IMG/VR virus record: IMGVR_UViG_3300045988_109438
Source: a virus
DNA length: 64,000 nucleotides
Strand: one strand, 5' to 3'
In this document: piece by piece, positions 1 to 10,412 of the stretch
How positions within the stretch are numbered: the stretch's first letter is position 1
Layout: every line of letters starts with the position of its first letter
Made by a program: the position numbers and the translations under genes
Notes under the pieces: generated by a model
The model's input: only the letters and a program-made list of their open reading frames with translations
The model's database searches: none
Told to the model about the DNA's origin: nothing

Positions 1-6
1 GCTTTT

Positions 7-3000
7 ATGCATGCTCTTGATAAAGTAAGGGAAGATAGGATGAAGGAAGCAGAAGATGATATAAAAGAGTCACCGCTTACGGAGTCTGTATCGGATGAAG
101 ATTATGAGGCTGCTATGGATAATCCTATTATGGTTCCGGCCGTAAGGCAGTCTATAATTGATAAACTATATACAGGTAATGCCGATCTTCTTACTGCGAG
201 AGAAAAAGATGTGTATGATAAATATAAACAAGATTTTGATGATTATGTATCGTCTTTGGGTGACAGTCCTGTTAATCTCATAAAATCATTATCTGAGAAG
301 GCTGATAGGCTTACAAGTCCGAGATCTGTGTATGAGGATAATAAAGCTATTATTGATATGGCTAAATCCAATTTGGAACCAGATCAAAGGAAGGAACTTG
401 ATGATGCTATTTCTTCGTATGTTGATATAATGAACAGACGGGATAAAGGGGAGAAGGTTGACGAAGATGAGCTTGCCGATTCGGTATTTACCATAGAAGA
501 TCTTGGCCAGGTTGGAAACATCACAGATCTCCTTCCTTATATCGAACAAAACAGGATTATTGATAAAGGTCGTATTTCCGAATCTACGTTAAGTAATTTT
601 GGAGAGGATGATGTTAATATAGATTCTCTTGTAAATGAATTAGACGAATCTGACAATACACCGGGAGCTAACATAGATAGCGTCCAGAATCCAGAGACGT
701 TGATGGTAAGAAGAATCTCCAATGACGGCAATGAAAGGTATGAAATTGCAGGTCTTAGAGCTGATAAATTTATATCTTCTATAAAATCATTGGTTCCTAT
801 TCAAATAAGCTCTGAAACGAACGCTAATGGCACTAAAAGGTATTCTCTTAACATAGGTGGAGAAACGGCTACCGTGATAGAACTGCCTTATCATGCGAGA
901 TGGTCTATAGACAAAGAATCGGCTCGTGTTCTTAACCGTTACACAGATGTGTCTATTCAGGACGTGGGTAATTCATATTCTTTGGTTTATAAGCGTCTTG
1001 ATTCAGACGAATTGGTTCCGTACAGAACAGGTGTTGGATTCGGAGAGAATGAAGTAGATAAAATAGATCAGGAAGCATTATCTTCTTTGAAGAAAGGAGA
1101 TAAGGTTAATCTTGAGATAGATGCAAATGATACCTATAATCAGTCTCTTTTTGCCGAATACAATGATGCTGTTCAGTCCGGTGATAAAAAAAGAATAGAA
1201 TCTGCTGAAAATAAGCTGGTATCCAATATGGTTATCAAGGTTATGAGTGGAAACAGATTCGTTTCTGTTGTAAAAGCTGACACAGGAGGCATAGATGGTA
1301 TAAGTAAGATAAGAAGAACGGCTTTTAACAAGTGGAAGAAGGACGCCGGCCGGTCGGCCACCATCAACGTCGGCACGCATGTTGTTGCCCAGACCCTTCC
1401 TGGAAGACCGGTGTTTAACATGAGAGTAAACGGTCAAGGATATGGTCAGGTAGAAAATCTCCCTATTACCGAAAAAGGAGCTGAAAAAGTATCTGATGTC
1501 GGATATGTATTAAATGGCAAAGTCGTGCTTAAGAACGGATCTAAATACACAGGCTTCCCATTTGCTTATTCTATATTAAATGACAAGGGGAATAATTACA
1601 AAAATGTAAGAGTTCCGGTAGTTGTCATCAAAGGCAAAAACGGTCTTAATTATCTTTTTCCGGTTAGTCTACGTTCTGTGGAATCAGAGGAAGGAAAGAA
1701 ATGGATTTCTTTTATAGATATGCTGCTTGAATCAGGTGACTCTGAATTGTTACAGATGGGTCAAGATGATATACAAGATCTTAATGCGTATCTAACCAAG
1801 TTAGGCCTTGATCCGGCTTCGTATCAAGTATCGTATTTGAATCCTATTTCAGGGCTTAGAAAAGCTCGTGAGGCTATAGAAAAATTATCTACGGTTCCTG
1901 ATGTTGTTAAATGGGTAGAAGATGAAAGCAGGAATGTGAAAGACATTGTGATGTCTGAAGTAGAATCTGGAATAGATTTCGAAGGTGAGATGTTTGTCGC
2001 TCCTAAGATCAGGATTCAGTTTGGTAAATCATCTTCCAGACCTAAATCACTTATAGAAGATGATCTCCCTTTCTCCGATGAGGGTAAGACCGTTACTTCC
2101 AAGGAAGATGTGGATATTTACGAAGATGAAATGCCAGAGGAAGACCCTGTCCGGGGGACTCGGCCGGCGCCACCAGCCCAGCCGGCTCCTGCGGCACAAG
2201 CTACGCAGTCCTTACATGGCAAGAAGCGCACCTCCAGAAAAAACTTCTCTCTTATGTTAAACGAAATAGAATCTCATATAGAAAAAGAAGGATTGCCGTC
2301 TTATGCTAATATTTTTGATTTTATAGCAAGGAAGATTGTAGGAGGTGATTTGAGGTTTCTTCGTGAGAGAGGTAATCCTAAAAGCCTTAAGGAAGAAATG
2401 GGATTAGAACCTAAAGGAACAGTAGGTGATAAAATATCCACTCCTTCTAAAAAGGGAGGTAAGACCTTAGAAGAATATGTTTCTTGGCTTCGTTCTCAAA
2501 CAGATCAGGTGGTGGTTGATTATGTTGGTCCAAGATCTGACGAACAAATTATATCAGAGTTGAAAAACTTTTTGAAATATATTAATTTTGTTCCAAGCAA
2601 GGCTTTGAATTATTCTCTTAGAGTCAATGGCATGGATGCCCTAAAAGAATATGGCACAAAAGAGGAAGTAGAAAAAATGGAATCTGATATCAATAGTTTG
2701 GTTTCTAAAGTTTTGCCTACGGTGGATAATAAAACTGTAGAAGATGTTTCTACTGCAATAAAATCAAACAACTTGCCTGCCATATGGGAGCCCGTGGAAA
2801 GCCTTGATATGACAAACGAGGAAAAAATAGAGTTTTTGAATAACGTAGCAGATTTCCTTAGCGGCATACCAGAGTATGATGCTGTCGTGGAGTCTATAGA
2901 GTCAGAATCAGATAATATTTTAAATGATGGAAAAGAAGGAAGTGCAGAAGGCGGTGCAGTACGCACTGAGGAAGATGGCGATAAAAAGGGAGATGGAGAA

Positions 3001-3852
3001 GGCAAAGGACAATCCAGAACAAATGTCGAAGTTGAAAGAAATGTCGAATTACCTGGATCTGAAGAAGGAAGAGTAGATAACTATAGGAAGAACGGAGATA
3101 AGTTCTCTGACATTGCTGAAGTTACTTTATGGCTACTTAGAAGGGCTGCCGGCATAACCTCTATCCCGGAAGGAGAAGAGGTTTATGTAGAGGGAGATGA
3201 GGTTAATAGTATTATGACCGATATGGAATCAAGGTATGGTATAGACACCATCAATCACTCGCATACGACTAAGGCTATAAGGGACCTTAACGGCGTATCA
3301 GGTTATAAAGTAGAATACGGCTTAACCTTTTTGACATACGATCCTTTTATTAGAATATCCAATCTAAGGAAAGGATCTAAGGCTGCGAAAGACGAACCTC
3401 GTATATCCGAAGAGTCGCTTACTCACATATCAAGGGTGACAACCCCTTATTTCCTGTACGGCGGCGATGAAGCATATACATCTGTTCCGGCTAAGGTAGA
3501 ACCTATACCGGAGAAGATAATGGGTCGTAATGGCATTAAATTTGGTATGAGTGTAGTCGAGTTAACCAAATTAGGGTACAAAAAAGCTGGTGGAAACTGG
3601 ATATATAAATTTTATATGAACTCAGGTGTGTATGATTTGTATAATATCAGTACCGGTGAAGCGTTTAGGGCAAAACCGGATCTTGGAGTTAAGATAAGTT
3701 CCAGTGCATTCATCCGCTCTTTATCTCAATCTGGTAGAAAAATACAAAATATGATGAGTAACATGAGTCAGGAAGAGATAGATAGGAATAAGAATCTCGT
3801 AGAAGGTTCTGATAATTCGGATTCGATAAATGAGTTAAATAAAGAGTGTTGA
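7..3852 (+). CDS. large virion/structural-type protein, 5'-truncated by window edge (>=1281 aa); contains low-complexity PAPPAQPAPAAQ linker
   Basis: Uninterrupted 3.8 kb ORF; size and position next to other giant ORFs typical of phage virion modules; no recognisable catalytic motif. Confidence 0.5.
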   Translation: MHALDKVREDRMKEAEDDIKESPLTESVSDEDYEAAMDNPIMVPAVRQSIIDKLYTGNADLLTAREKDVYDKYKQDFDDYVSSLGDSPVNLIKSLSEKADRLTSPRSVYEDNKAIIDMAKSNLEPDQRKELDDAISSYVDIMNRRDKGEKVDEDELADSVFTIEDLGQVGNITDLLPYIEQNRIIDKGRISESTLSNFGEDDVNIDSLVNELDESDNTPGANIDSVQNPETLMVRRISNDGNERYEIAGLRADKFISSIKSLVPIQISSETNANGTKRYSLNIGGETATVIELPYHARWSIDKESARVLNRYTDVSIQDVGNSYSLVYKRLDSDELVPYRTGVGFGENEVDKIDQEALSSLKKGDKVNLEIDANDTYNQSLFAEYNDAVQSGDKKRIESAENKLVSNMVIKVMSGNRFVSVVKADTGGIDGISKIRRTAFNKWKKDAGRSATINVGTHVVAQTLPGRPVFNMRVNGQGYGQVENLPITEKGAEKVSDVGYVLNGKVVLKNGSKYTGFPFAYSILNDKGNNYKNVRVPVVVIKGKNGLNYLFPVSLRSVESEEGKKWISFIDMLLESGDSELLQMGQDDIQDLNAYLTKLGLDPASYQVSYLNPISGLRKAREAIEKLSTVPDVVKWVEDESRNVKDIVMSEVESGIDFEGEMFVAPKIRIQFGKSSSRPKSLIEDDLPFSDEGKTVTSKEDVDIYEDEMPEEDPVRGTRPAPPAQPAPAAQATQSLHGKKRTSRKNFSLMLNEIESHIEKEGLPSYANIFDFIARKIVGGDLRFLRERGNPKSLKEEMGLEPKGTVGDKISTPSKKGGKTLEEYVSWLRSQTDQVVVDYVGPRSDEQIISELKNFLKYINFVPSKALNYSLRVNGMDALKEYGTKEEVEKMESDINSLVSKVLPTVDNKTVEDVSTAIKSNNLPAIWEPVESLDMTNEEKIEFLNNVADFLSGIPEYDAVVESIESESDNILNDGKEGSAEGGAVRTEEDGDKKGDGEGKGQSRTNVEVERNVELPGSEEGRVDNYRKNGDKFSDIAEVTLWLLRRAAGITSIPEGEEVYVEGDEVNSIMTDMESRYGIDTINHSHTTKAIRDLNGVSGYKVEYGLTFLTYDPFIRISNLRKGSKAAKDEPRISEESLTHISRVTTPYFLYGGDEAYTSVPAKVEPIPEKIMGRNGIKFGMSVVELTKLGYKKAGGNWIYKFYMNSGVYDLYNISTGEAFRAKPDLGVKISSSAFIRSLSQSGRKIQNMMSNMSQEEIDRNKNLVEGSDNSDSINELNKEC

Positions 3853-3854
3853 GT

Positions 3855-4385
3855 ATGAGAAGGAGATTTTTTAATGCTGCGGATAATTTCGTGGGAGGAT
3901 GTTATAATAAGTTATCTAATGAAGATATAAAAAGGCTTGGAGGAAAAAGACCTTATGTATGTCAGTTTAATAAAATTCATATACATATAGGGCCTGTATT
4001 AAAAGATCATGATTCCGATGTTAGTTACATAATGTTTAATAGTAATTGGAATTATGGTGGTTATGAATCTATGGTTTATCATCATAGCAATAATGGTATT
4101 TTTATATTAGGTGAAAACAAAATTGGTAATATAGAAGACCATATACAAGATCTAACATATTGGTACGAATATGATCCAAGCATTAATGAAAATTATTGTT
4201 ATTTTTATTATGAGGCTAATAACAGCGGAAATGCTATCAAGTTGAATGGTGAGTTTGGTAGTACCAGTACTGTTTTCAACATTCCCAGCTTGGAAGTCAC
4301 CACTCTTCGTGATGGCAGTTTGAGTTTTCCGGAGATTTATATAGAAGGAGTTTGGGATCCGTCATTGTATAAATCAGTTTTATAA
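3855..4385 (+). CDS. hypothetical protein (Asn/Tyr-rich)
   Basis: ORF immediately downstream of giant gene; ATG at 3855 preferred over GTG at 3846. Confidence 0.45.
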   Translation: MRRRFFNAADNFVGGCYNKLSNEDIKRLGGKRPYVCQFNKIHIHIGPVLKDHDSDVSYIMFNSNWNYGGYESMVYHHSNNGIFILGENKIGNIEDHIQDLTYWYEYDPSINENYCYFYYEANNSGNAIKLNGEFGSTSTVFNIPSLEVTTLRDGSLSFPEIYIEGVWDPSLYKSVL

Positions 4386-4411
4386 TTAACTTTGCAAAAA
4401 AGTTAATTATT

Positions 4412-6670
4412 ATGGGTGTCAAATGTCAGATAGAAAAGAAGGAAAATAAAATAGAACGGGTTGAGGCTCCTAACGGTGAGCCTTCCGTTCTTTACGAAAG
4501 TGCTTTAAAAGTATTAGGAAACAGCGAGCGGGCTCTTCAGGTATGGGCTAAGGCTTACACTCCTGGTTTTTTGTCGTATTACGGTCATTGGAATAACCCG
4601 GCTCCAGGGGAGATGTTTAATACCGATCCTAATGGCGAACCTCTTTTAGAAGATGTGCTGTCGTATATGAAGCGTCAGGCTTATTTTTCCGATCCCTTAA
4701 CGGCTCAGGACATTAAGGATGTAAGGGATTTCCTTTTGTCTACTCATTATTTTTTCAATGCGTCTTCATTGTCTAATGCTATTCTCTTCGATTTTTATGT
4801 AGATGGCAGTTTGATACTGAATGAGCAGAAATTAAGGAGATCTGGTTTGTATGATGAAACAGAAATAAGTCGTATTTTATCCGATCCTTCTGTTTTAAAC
4901 GAGGTTTCGACTTCCATGAGAAAGTTAATAGATTCTTCTATTAACGAACATGATAGGGAAAAAGATAATTATTTTATGTCTATTGACTATCAGTATGGTC
5001 CTATTGTTTACAAGGAGGGAGTGTTTAACCAATTTGGTAAAAAGGTACCATATAATCCTTCTGAGCTTTATTATGCTATGCGTAAAACAGTAGCCGGCAT
5101 AAAAAACTTTTCTGAATTTTCATCTGCTTTTGAATCGTTGAGAAATTCATATCCTGAACTGGTTGAGAAATTCGTTTCTGATAAAGAATTTGCCGAATCT
5201 ATGTTTGATGAGTTCTCATCTACGAATAAGATTCCGGTAATAAACATAGAAGGGGATGATGTGGTAGAAGGCGAGAGAAGATCCTTGTCTAAGCTACAAG
5301 ATCTGTCTTATTACAATCCCGGCAAAATAGAGTTCCTAAGAGCTCGTATATCAGCTTATTTACATAGGGCTAATGCCGACACCGAATCCGATTTAAGAAG
5401 CATGATATGGGATATAGAAGAGGCTTGTACGTGGTTTGGCATAGATATAATAGGGACATCGGAAACTTATGATGGCACAGAAGAATCTTTGAATAAGATA
5501 GATAATTTGATGCTGGATCTTGATATTTATGTGGCCAGGCATAATGATGTAAATTATGCTCCAACGCTGGCATCTTCTATAGATGATGTTCTTGGTGATA
5601 GCACAGATTATTATTTTGGATTATTACCGGAGTATATGGATAATTTGAATATCGTTTATTCTGAATCCGATATAGACCCAGTAGAAGCGTTTGAGAAACA
5701 TTCATTGCTTAAGGTAGGAGATAATCTATATCAAAGGATCAGCAAAGATGATCTTAACGAGATGTATCAAATATCAACAGTGTTAGCCAAGCACAACCTA
5801 ACTCATTTTTCTACTAAAATATATCCTGAATCTTGTTTTAAGAACGGCGTTTTGGATAAAGAGAAAGTACGGAACGTAGATAATAATACGCTCATGGATT
5901 CCATTAAAAAATACGTCAGATCGTTCATGGATTCTCAGAACACGGAGGACATGATAATGACCAGGATGGCGTTTGGACACCCGGCGGTACTTGACGTTCC
6001 TTACGTGGATGTGGATCGGGAGTATAGTCGATACATGAACAAAAAACAAGATAGCGAAAACCCATTATCCTTATTCGATTTATACCAATCTTACCTTGAC
6101 AACAAACTCCATAAAACAAAATTATATGATAATGCCTATAAGTATCTTGACTTCAAACCTGGTCCATCTTTGGGCCTTATTTCTGATGATCCTGATATTT
6201 TGAAATCAATAGAATTATCTTTATCTGGAAAAGACAGGTTGATGTTGTTTGATTATAGCATGACCAGTACCGACCCTTCTTTATCAGAATTGTTTTATTT
6301 GGAGAAGTATGACTCTTCGTATGCCGGGAATGATTTTGAACACTATTTTTACACCAGGCACCCGTATCTGTTAAAAGAAAAATCGGGCCCTAATATCGTA
6401 GAGCAAGATGGTGTTATAACAGCCGAAGGTATTTATGATAATTTTATAAGAGTAGGTAATAAGATATGGTCTAAAGTAAGCGAGAGTAGTTCCGGCTCTA
6501 TCTACCAAAATCTGACAGGAACCGAATCGGAGGTGAAATACGATTCTACTCAGAAGGCTAAGACGGTAGAAACCGATTACGCTCCATACCAAAACAGATC
6601 TGGCTTGACGCAAGACATGACCGTAAGCAAGTCTGAATTGGATGACCTTAACAAATTAGAATGCAGGTAA
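4412..6670 (+). CDS. large hypothetical protein (752 aa), probable virion-associated
   Basis: Long uninterrupted ORF, same strand/operon as giant genes. Confidence 0.55.
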   Translation: MGVKCQIEKKENKIERVEAPNGEPSVLYESALKVLGNSERALQVWAKAYTPGFLSYYGHWNNPAPGEMFNTDPNGEPLLEDVLSYMKRQAYFSDPLTAQDIKDVRDFLLSTHYFFNASSLSNAILFDFYVDGSLILNEQKLRRSGLYDETEISRILSDPSVLNEVSTSMRKLIDSSINEHDREKDNYFMSIDYQYGPIVYKEGVFNQFGKKVPYNPSELYYAMRKTVAGIKNFSEFSSAFESLRNSYPELVEKFVSDKEFAESMFDEFSSTNKIPVINIEGDDVVEGERRSLSKLQDLSYYNPGKIEFLRARISAYLHRANADTESDLRSMIWDIEEACTWFGIDIIGTSETYDGTEESLNKIDNLMLDLDIYVARHNDVNYAPTLASSIDDVLGDSTDYYFGLLPEYMDNLNIVYSESDIDPVEAFEKHSLLKVGDNLYQRISKDDLNEMYQISTVLAKHNLTHFSTKIYPESCFKNGVLDKEKVRNVDNNTLMDSIKKYVRSFMDSQNTEDMIMTRMAFGHPAVLDVPYVDVDREYSRYMNKKQDSENPLSLFDLYQSYLDNKLHKTKLYDNAYKYLDFKPGPSLGLISDDPDILKSIELSLSGKDRLMLFDYSMTSTDPSLSELFYLEKYDSSYAGNDFEHYFYTRHPYLLKEKSGPNIVEQDGVITAEGIYDNFIRVGNKIWSKVSESSSGSIYQNLTGTESEVKYDSTQKAKTVETDYAPYQNRSGLTQDMTVSKSELDDLNKLECR

Positions 6671-7357
6671 TTTTTGTATATATATATAGTTTTTTCATAG
6701 TTATAATTTGGGAAGTGAGGCTTGTGAAAGTCTCACTTTTCTCATATATATACGTATATCAATAACATATAAGAAAAGTTAGATTTTCATTGTTTATGGA
6801 TTATTTTTGTTAAGTTTGCGATATTAGTTTCAGGAAGGGATTATGGGAATAAGGAAAAAGTAAGAACCGAACGTAACTAATAACAGTAGGAAATGAGAAT
6901 CAGTACCATCAAACGTAACAACAGCATTCATCTTATGTATAAAAACATTATGAATGATTTAGGTCAATTAAGAACTGTAGTTTCAAAATCCTATATTTAT
7001 AATCTGATACAAAATCAAACCGGATTAAGTATCAGAACTATATCCCATGTCTTGAATCACACAAAAGAACAGGATACAGATTCTTTGTGAAAAGCATACA
7101 TTTTCATACATTTGTGTGTTCTTTAGTTTTTAGATTTAAGTTTTTCATGGTATTAGTTTAGATTAGTGTAGATCAGGGTTCGCAGTGATGCGGGCCCTGG
7201 TTTGATTTAAAAAGTATTAAAATATTTGCTATTTAAGATCCTGTTCCTATCTTTGTTCCAGAAACAATGAACAACGAGATCCCGCCTCTGGTTGTTTGAT
7301 GTTGAAAGATATTTTTGGCTCATTAGGGTTTGTCATAGTGGGATCTGACATTCTCTT

Positions 7358-7555
7358 TTGGGCCTATTTTTTTTTATTATGTGTAATAGTATTATTTTAA
7401 AATTAGAAGATATATCTTCTATCAAGAGGTATTTTGAGTTTATCTTGTCTCAAACAGAAAAAGGCGAAAAGTTTCCCATTAAACTTGATGATGTTTTCGC
7501 TCTTGTGTATAGTAGAAAGGATAAGGCCGTTAGAGCACTTATAGATAGCGATTAA
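7358..7555 (+). CDS. N-terminal fragment of Bro-N/Rha-like antirepressor domain, terminated by TAA in-frame with downstream ORF
   Basis: Sequence ...KLDDVFALVYSRKDKAVRALIDSD continues in same frame after a single TAA into ...DYKVFPLNGG...YMLSVS; the Bro-N/Rha-type DNA-binding domain appears to span the stop. Confidence 0.35.
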   Translation: MGLFFFIMCNSIILKLEDISSIKRYFEFILSQTEKGEKFPIKLDDVFALVYSRKDKAVRALIDSD

Positions 7556-7558
7556 TTC

Positions 7559-8239
7559 ATGCAAGATATTGATTATAAGGTTTTCCCCCTAAATGGGGGA
7601 AACTCAAATGGTGGTAGACCCTCTATGGTCTACATGTTGTCTGTATCATGCTTAGAATATTTTATAGCCAGAAAAGTTAGATCGGTTTTTGAGGTTTATA
7701 GAAGTGTATTTCATGGATGTGTTTATAATGAAAAAAGAAAATTAATACCTGATTTCTCCAATCCGGCAGAGGCAGCAAGAGCATGGGCCGATCAGTATGA
7801 AGCTGCTCAGAGAGCTATAGCTGAAAAATCTCAGGCAGAGGCAGAGAAGCAACAAGCCTTGAAAACAATAGAAGAACATAAGCCCGATGTAGAATTTGCC
7901 GAGTCTTTTAGGAAAGTAGACCATAACAATATGTGGCTGATTCGTGATATTGCAAAGAAGTTAGAGCAGAATGGCGTTATTATAGCCGAAAAGAATCTTC
8001 GCTCATTCCTTGAAGAGGCTAAGTTTATATTTAGGAACGGTCTTGGCAAATGGGAGTTGTACAGTAATGTAGTGGCTAAAGGATACGGTGTGTATAGATC
8101 ATATTTTGTAGACAAGTATTCTGGAGAAAGGGTTAATCAACAAACTATCTACATGACTGGTGCCGGATATGAAGTGACCCTCAATGGCATAAAAGGAAAA
8201 CTTAAAAATGTATTTTTAAAATATGGTAAATTTTCTTGA
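7559..8239 (+). CDS. phage antirepressor, KilAC (ANT) C-terminal domain
   Basis: C-terminal region MWLIRDIAKKLEQNGVIIAEKNLRSFLEEAKFIFRNGLGKWELYSNVVAKGYGVYRS...TIYMTGAGYEVTL matches the KilAC/ANT domain pattern. Confidence 0.6.
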   Translation: MQDIDYKVFPLNGGNSNGGRPSMVYMLSVSCLEYFIARKVRSVFEVYRSVFHGCVYNEKRKLIPDFSNPAEAARAWADQYEAAQRAIAEKSQAEAEKQQALKTIEEHKPDVEFAESFRKVDHNNMWLIRDIAKKLEQNGVIIAEKNLRSFLEEAKFIFRNGLGKWELYSNVVAKGYGVYRSYFVDKYSGERVNQQTIYMTGAGYEVTLNGIKGKLKNVFLKYGKFS

Positions 8240-8250
8240 GTTTATTTATA

Positions 8251-8290
8251 GGTAGTGTTTTAAAAGAATAAAAAACACTACCTTTTTTTG
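8251..8290 (+). terminator. rho-independent terminator (11-bp perfect stem GGTAGTGTTTT/AAAACACTACC + T7)
   Basis: Inverted repeat followed by TTTTTTTG directly after stop of 7559..8239. Confidence 0.7.
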
Positions 8291-8415
8291 TTTCTGTCTT
8301 TTCTGAAAATACTTCTCTTCTATAGGAAATAAACACACCCATATTCCACCCTGCAATCATGATCTTTGTTACGTGCTTCATGCACGTATGTTTAACAATT
8401 AAATACTATAAAATT

Positions 8416-9423
8416 ATGGGTGGTGATAAAATCGTCCTTTTAGATGGAGCCGGGGCTAACGGTGGTGGTGCAGCCACTAACGGTCTTCTTTCAATGATTC
8501 CCGGCATGTTTGCTAATTTGATAGGTGGTAATAAAATGGATCCGAATCTGGTGGCGGCTTTGATGAACGGTCGTAACAACCAGGACGGTTTCGGTGGGGC
8601 TAACGGTTGGTGGCTCTGGATAATTGTTTTGTTCTGGCTGTGGGGTGGACGCGGCTTCGGTAACGGTTTTGGAAATGGCGGTGATTGTTGTGCCAATGGT
8701 TTGCCGGCTCAGTTGAATAACGATTACGGTCGTGAACTTTTGATGCAGGCAATTCAAGGTAATCGTAGCGCCATAGATCAGATTGCTTCTGCTTTGAACT
8801 GTTCTACTACTCAACTTCAAAACGCTATCTGCAACGTACAGGGTGCCATTGATAAAGTAGCTGGTCAGGTAGGTATGACTTCTCAGGCTGTTATCAACGC
8901 AGTTCAACAACAAGGTTGTGAAATAGGAAATCAAATCAGCTCTTGCTGCTGCAATCTGAGTTCGTTGATCAATCAAAGCACTTGCCAGACTCAGGGAATG
9001 ATTACTCAGCAAGGTTTTGATAACCAGCTTCGCACGTTGGAACAAACCAATATCTTGCAGAACGGTCTCAACCAAGGTCTGGCTAACAATCGTGAGCAAG
9101 CTACAAGCCAATTCAATATCTTGTCTGCGAAACTTGACGCCCAAACCGTTATGATCAACGACAAATTCTGTCAGTTGGAAATGAGGGAGATGCAGAACAC
9201 TATTGCTCAACTTCGTGAAGAAAAAGCGGCTTTGACAGCTTCGGCATTATCTCAGCAACAAACCCAGAATATCGTTGGTCAATTACGCCCGACGGCCGTC
9301 CCGGCCTACCCCTCTTGTTCTCCTTACCAGGCTTATACTTGGGGACAGGTATTCGGAGGAGGTTGCTGCAATAACGGATGTGGATGTAACAACGGATGTT
9401 GCAATAACAACGCTGCTGTCTGA
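8416..9423 (+). CDS. Gly/Gln/Asn-rich protein with one Trp-rich TM helix and Cys-rich C-terminus (GGGCCNNGCGCNNGCCNNN)
   Basis: ORF with ATG at 8416; WWLWIIVLFWLWGG hydrophobic segment; poly-Q/N coiled-coil-like middle; terminal CC/CxC repeats. Confidence 0.5.
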   Translation: MGGDKIVLLDGAGANGGGAATNGLLSMIPGMFANLIGGNKMDPNLVAALMNGRNNQDGFGGANGWWLWIIVLFWLWGGRGFGNGFGNGGDCCANGLPAQLNNDYGRELLMQAIQGNRSAIDQIASALNCSTTQLQNAICNVQGAIDKVAGQVGMTSQAVINAVQQQGCEIGNQISSCCCNLSSLINQSTCQTQGMITQQGFDNQLRTLEQTNILQNGLNQGLANNREQATSQFNILSAKLDAQTVMINDKFCQLEMREMQNTIAQLREEKAALTASALSQQQTQNIVGQLRPTAVPAYPSCSPYQAYTWGQVFGGGCCNNGCGCNNGCCNNNAAV

Positions 9424-9446
9424 TTTTATTAAGAGAGGAGGCTAAT

Positions 9447-9860
9447 ATGGCTTGTGTTTCTAAAATAGGATCGTTGTATGAGATGGTTACGAAGAATGTT
9501 ATTGTCAGTACGACAAATACAGTCTTCGGTATTAACCCACGGGCTTGGATCGCCCTTCCGTGTGAGGGTCTTATCCTTCTTAAGATAAGGCAAGTAGTCC
9601 CCACAGCCGGAAGTGCTCTACCGGTACAGATTGCGGTCCCGGCAAACAGCACAGTTTCAACAGTAGGATCCGACACCTGTTGCCCGGTTACAGGAGTGAA
9701 TGTCGTGAACCCTATTAACGTAGCTGTCACGGGTGCTGCTATGGTAAATGGCACAGAACGCCTTCTGTACTTCAATAAAGTTCGTGGCGTGTTAAGATTA
9801 ATGGATTGTTGTGTTCCAGTAGCGGCAGCCCAGGCGTCTGAAGTTAAAGCAGGTAAATGA
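9447..9860 (+). CDS. hypothetical protein (Cys-containing, beta-rich)
   Basis: Strong Shine-Dalgarno AGAGGAGG 6 nt upstream of ATG; antisense ORF 9200..9775 considered spurious. Confidence 0.5.
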   Translation: MACVSKIGSLYEMVTKNVIVSTTNTVFGINPRAWIALPCEGLILLKIRQVVPTAGSALPVQIAVPANSTVSTVGSDTCCPVTGVNVVNPINVAVTGAAMVNGTERLLYFNKVRGVLRLMDCCVPVAAAQASEVKAGK

Positions 9861-9910
9861 TTTCAGTAGGGTGATGAATATCATCACCCTATTTTCACCT
9901 AACTAATATT

Positions 9911-10405
9911 TTGATCATGTTTTCAGATTTGAAGAAAGGGTTTCAGGTACATACCCTTGATACTAATACAGTACCTAAATACGAATTGGGAAAGGTAGTA
10001 GCCGTATCCGAACCCAGGTATCTTCCTCCTCAGCCAGGTCAGTATCAGGCGATGCAGACCCGCGTGGTGGATCTGACGGTAGAGCTCACTGGCGAAACCA
10101 AGACCTATACGGTCCCGGAATCCCAGAATGTGGCTAAGGCTATGGGCATAACATTATCTACCAGCATAGATCCGATTATGAACGAACTGAATGCTATAAA
10201 AAACACCAGTCAAGACATAATAAACAGCGTAGATGCCCATCGTGCCAAGATAGAGGCTTGTGAATCTATATTAGAAGGCATCAATCCGGCATTCAAACAA
10301 ACGAGAGAGCAGGATCGTAAAATAGCTGGTATAGAAAATAAGGTGAATGACCTTACTGATTCATTCGAAGATTTAAAGAAGTTAATTGTAGAACGTTTGA
10401 AATAA
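9911..10405 (+). CDS. hypothetical protein
   Basis: ORF in operon context. Confidence 0.45.
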   Translation: MIMFSDLKKGFQVHTLDTNTVPKYELGKVVAVSEPRYLPPQPGQYQAMQTRVVDLTVELTGETKTYTVPESQNVAKAMGITLSTSIDPIMNELNAIKNTSQDIINSVDAHRAKIEACESILEGINPAFKQTREQDRKIAGIENKVNDLTDSFEDLKKLIVERLK

Positions 10406-10412
10406 GTATAAT

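Noticed and set aside
289-3005. Minus-strand ORFs inside the 1281-aa gene (289..549, 537..731, 1078..1437, 2610..3005)
   Set aside because: Antisense to a long uninterrupted coding region; no independent support.
8406-9775. Minus-strand ORFs 8406..8696, 8491..9210 and 9200..9775 overlapping the Gly/Cys-rich gene and 9447..9860
   Set aside because: The plus-strand genes have a terminator upstream and a strong Shine-Dalgarno site and fit the operon; low-complexity GC-rich sequence generates long antisense ORFs.
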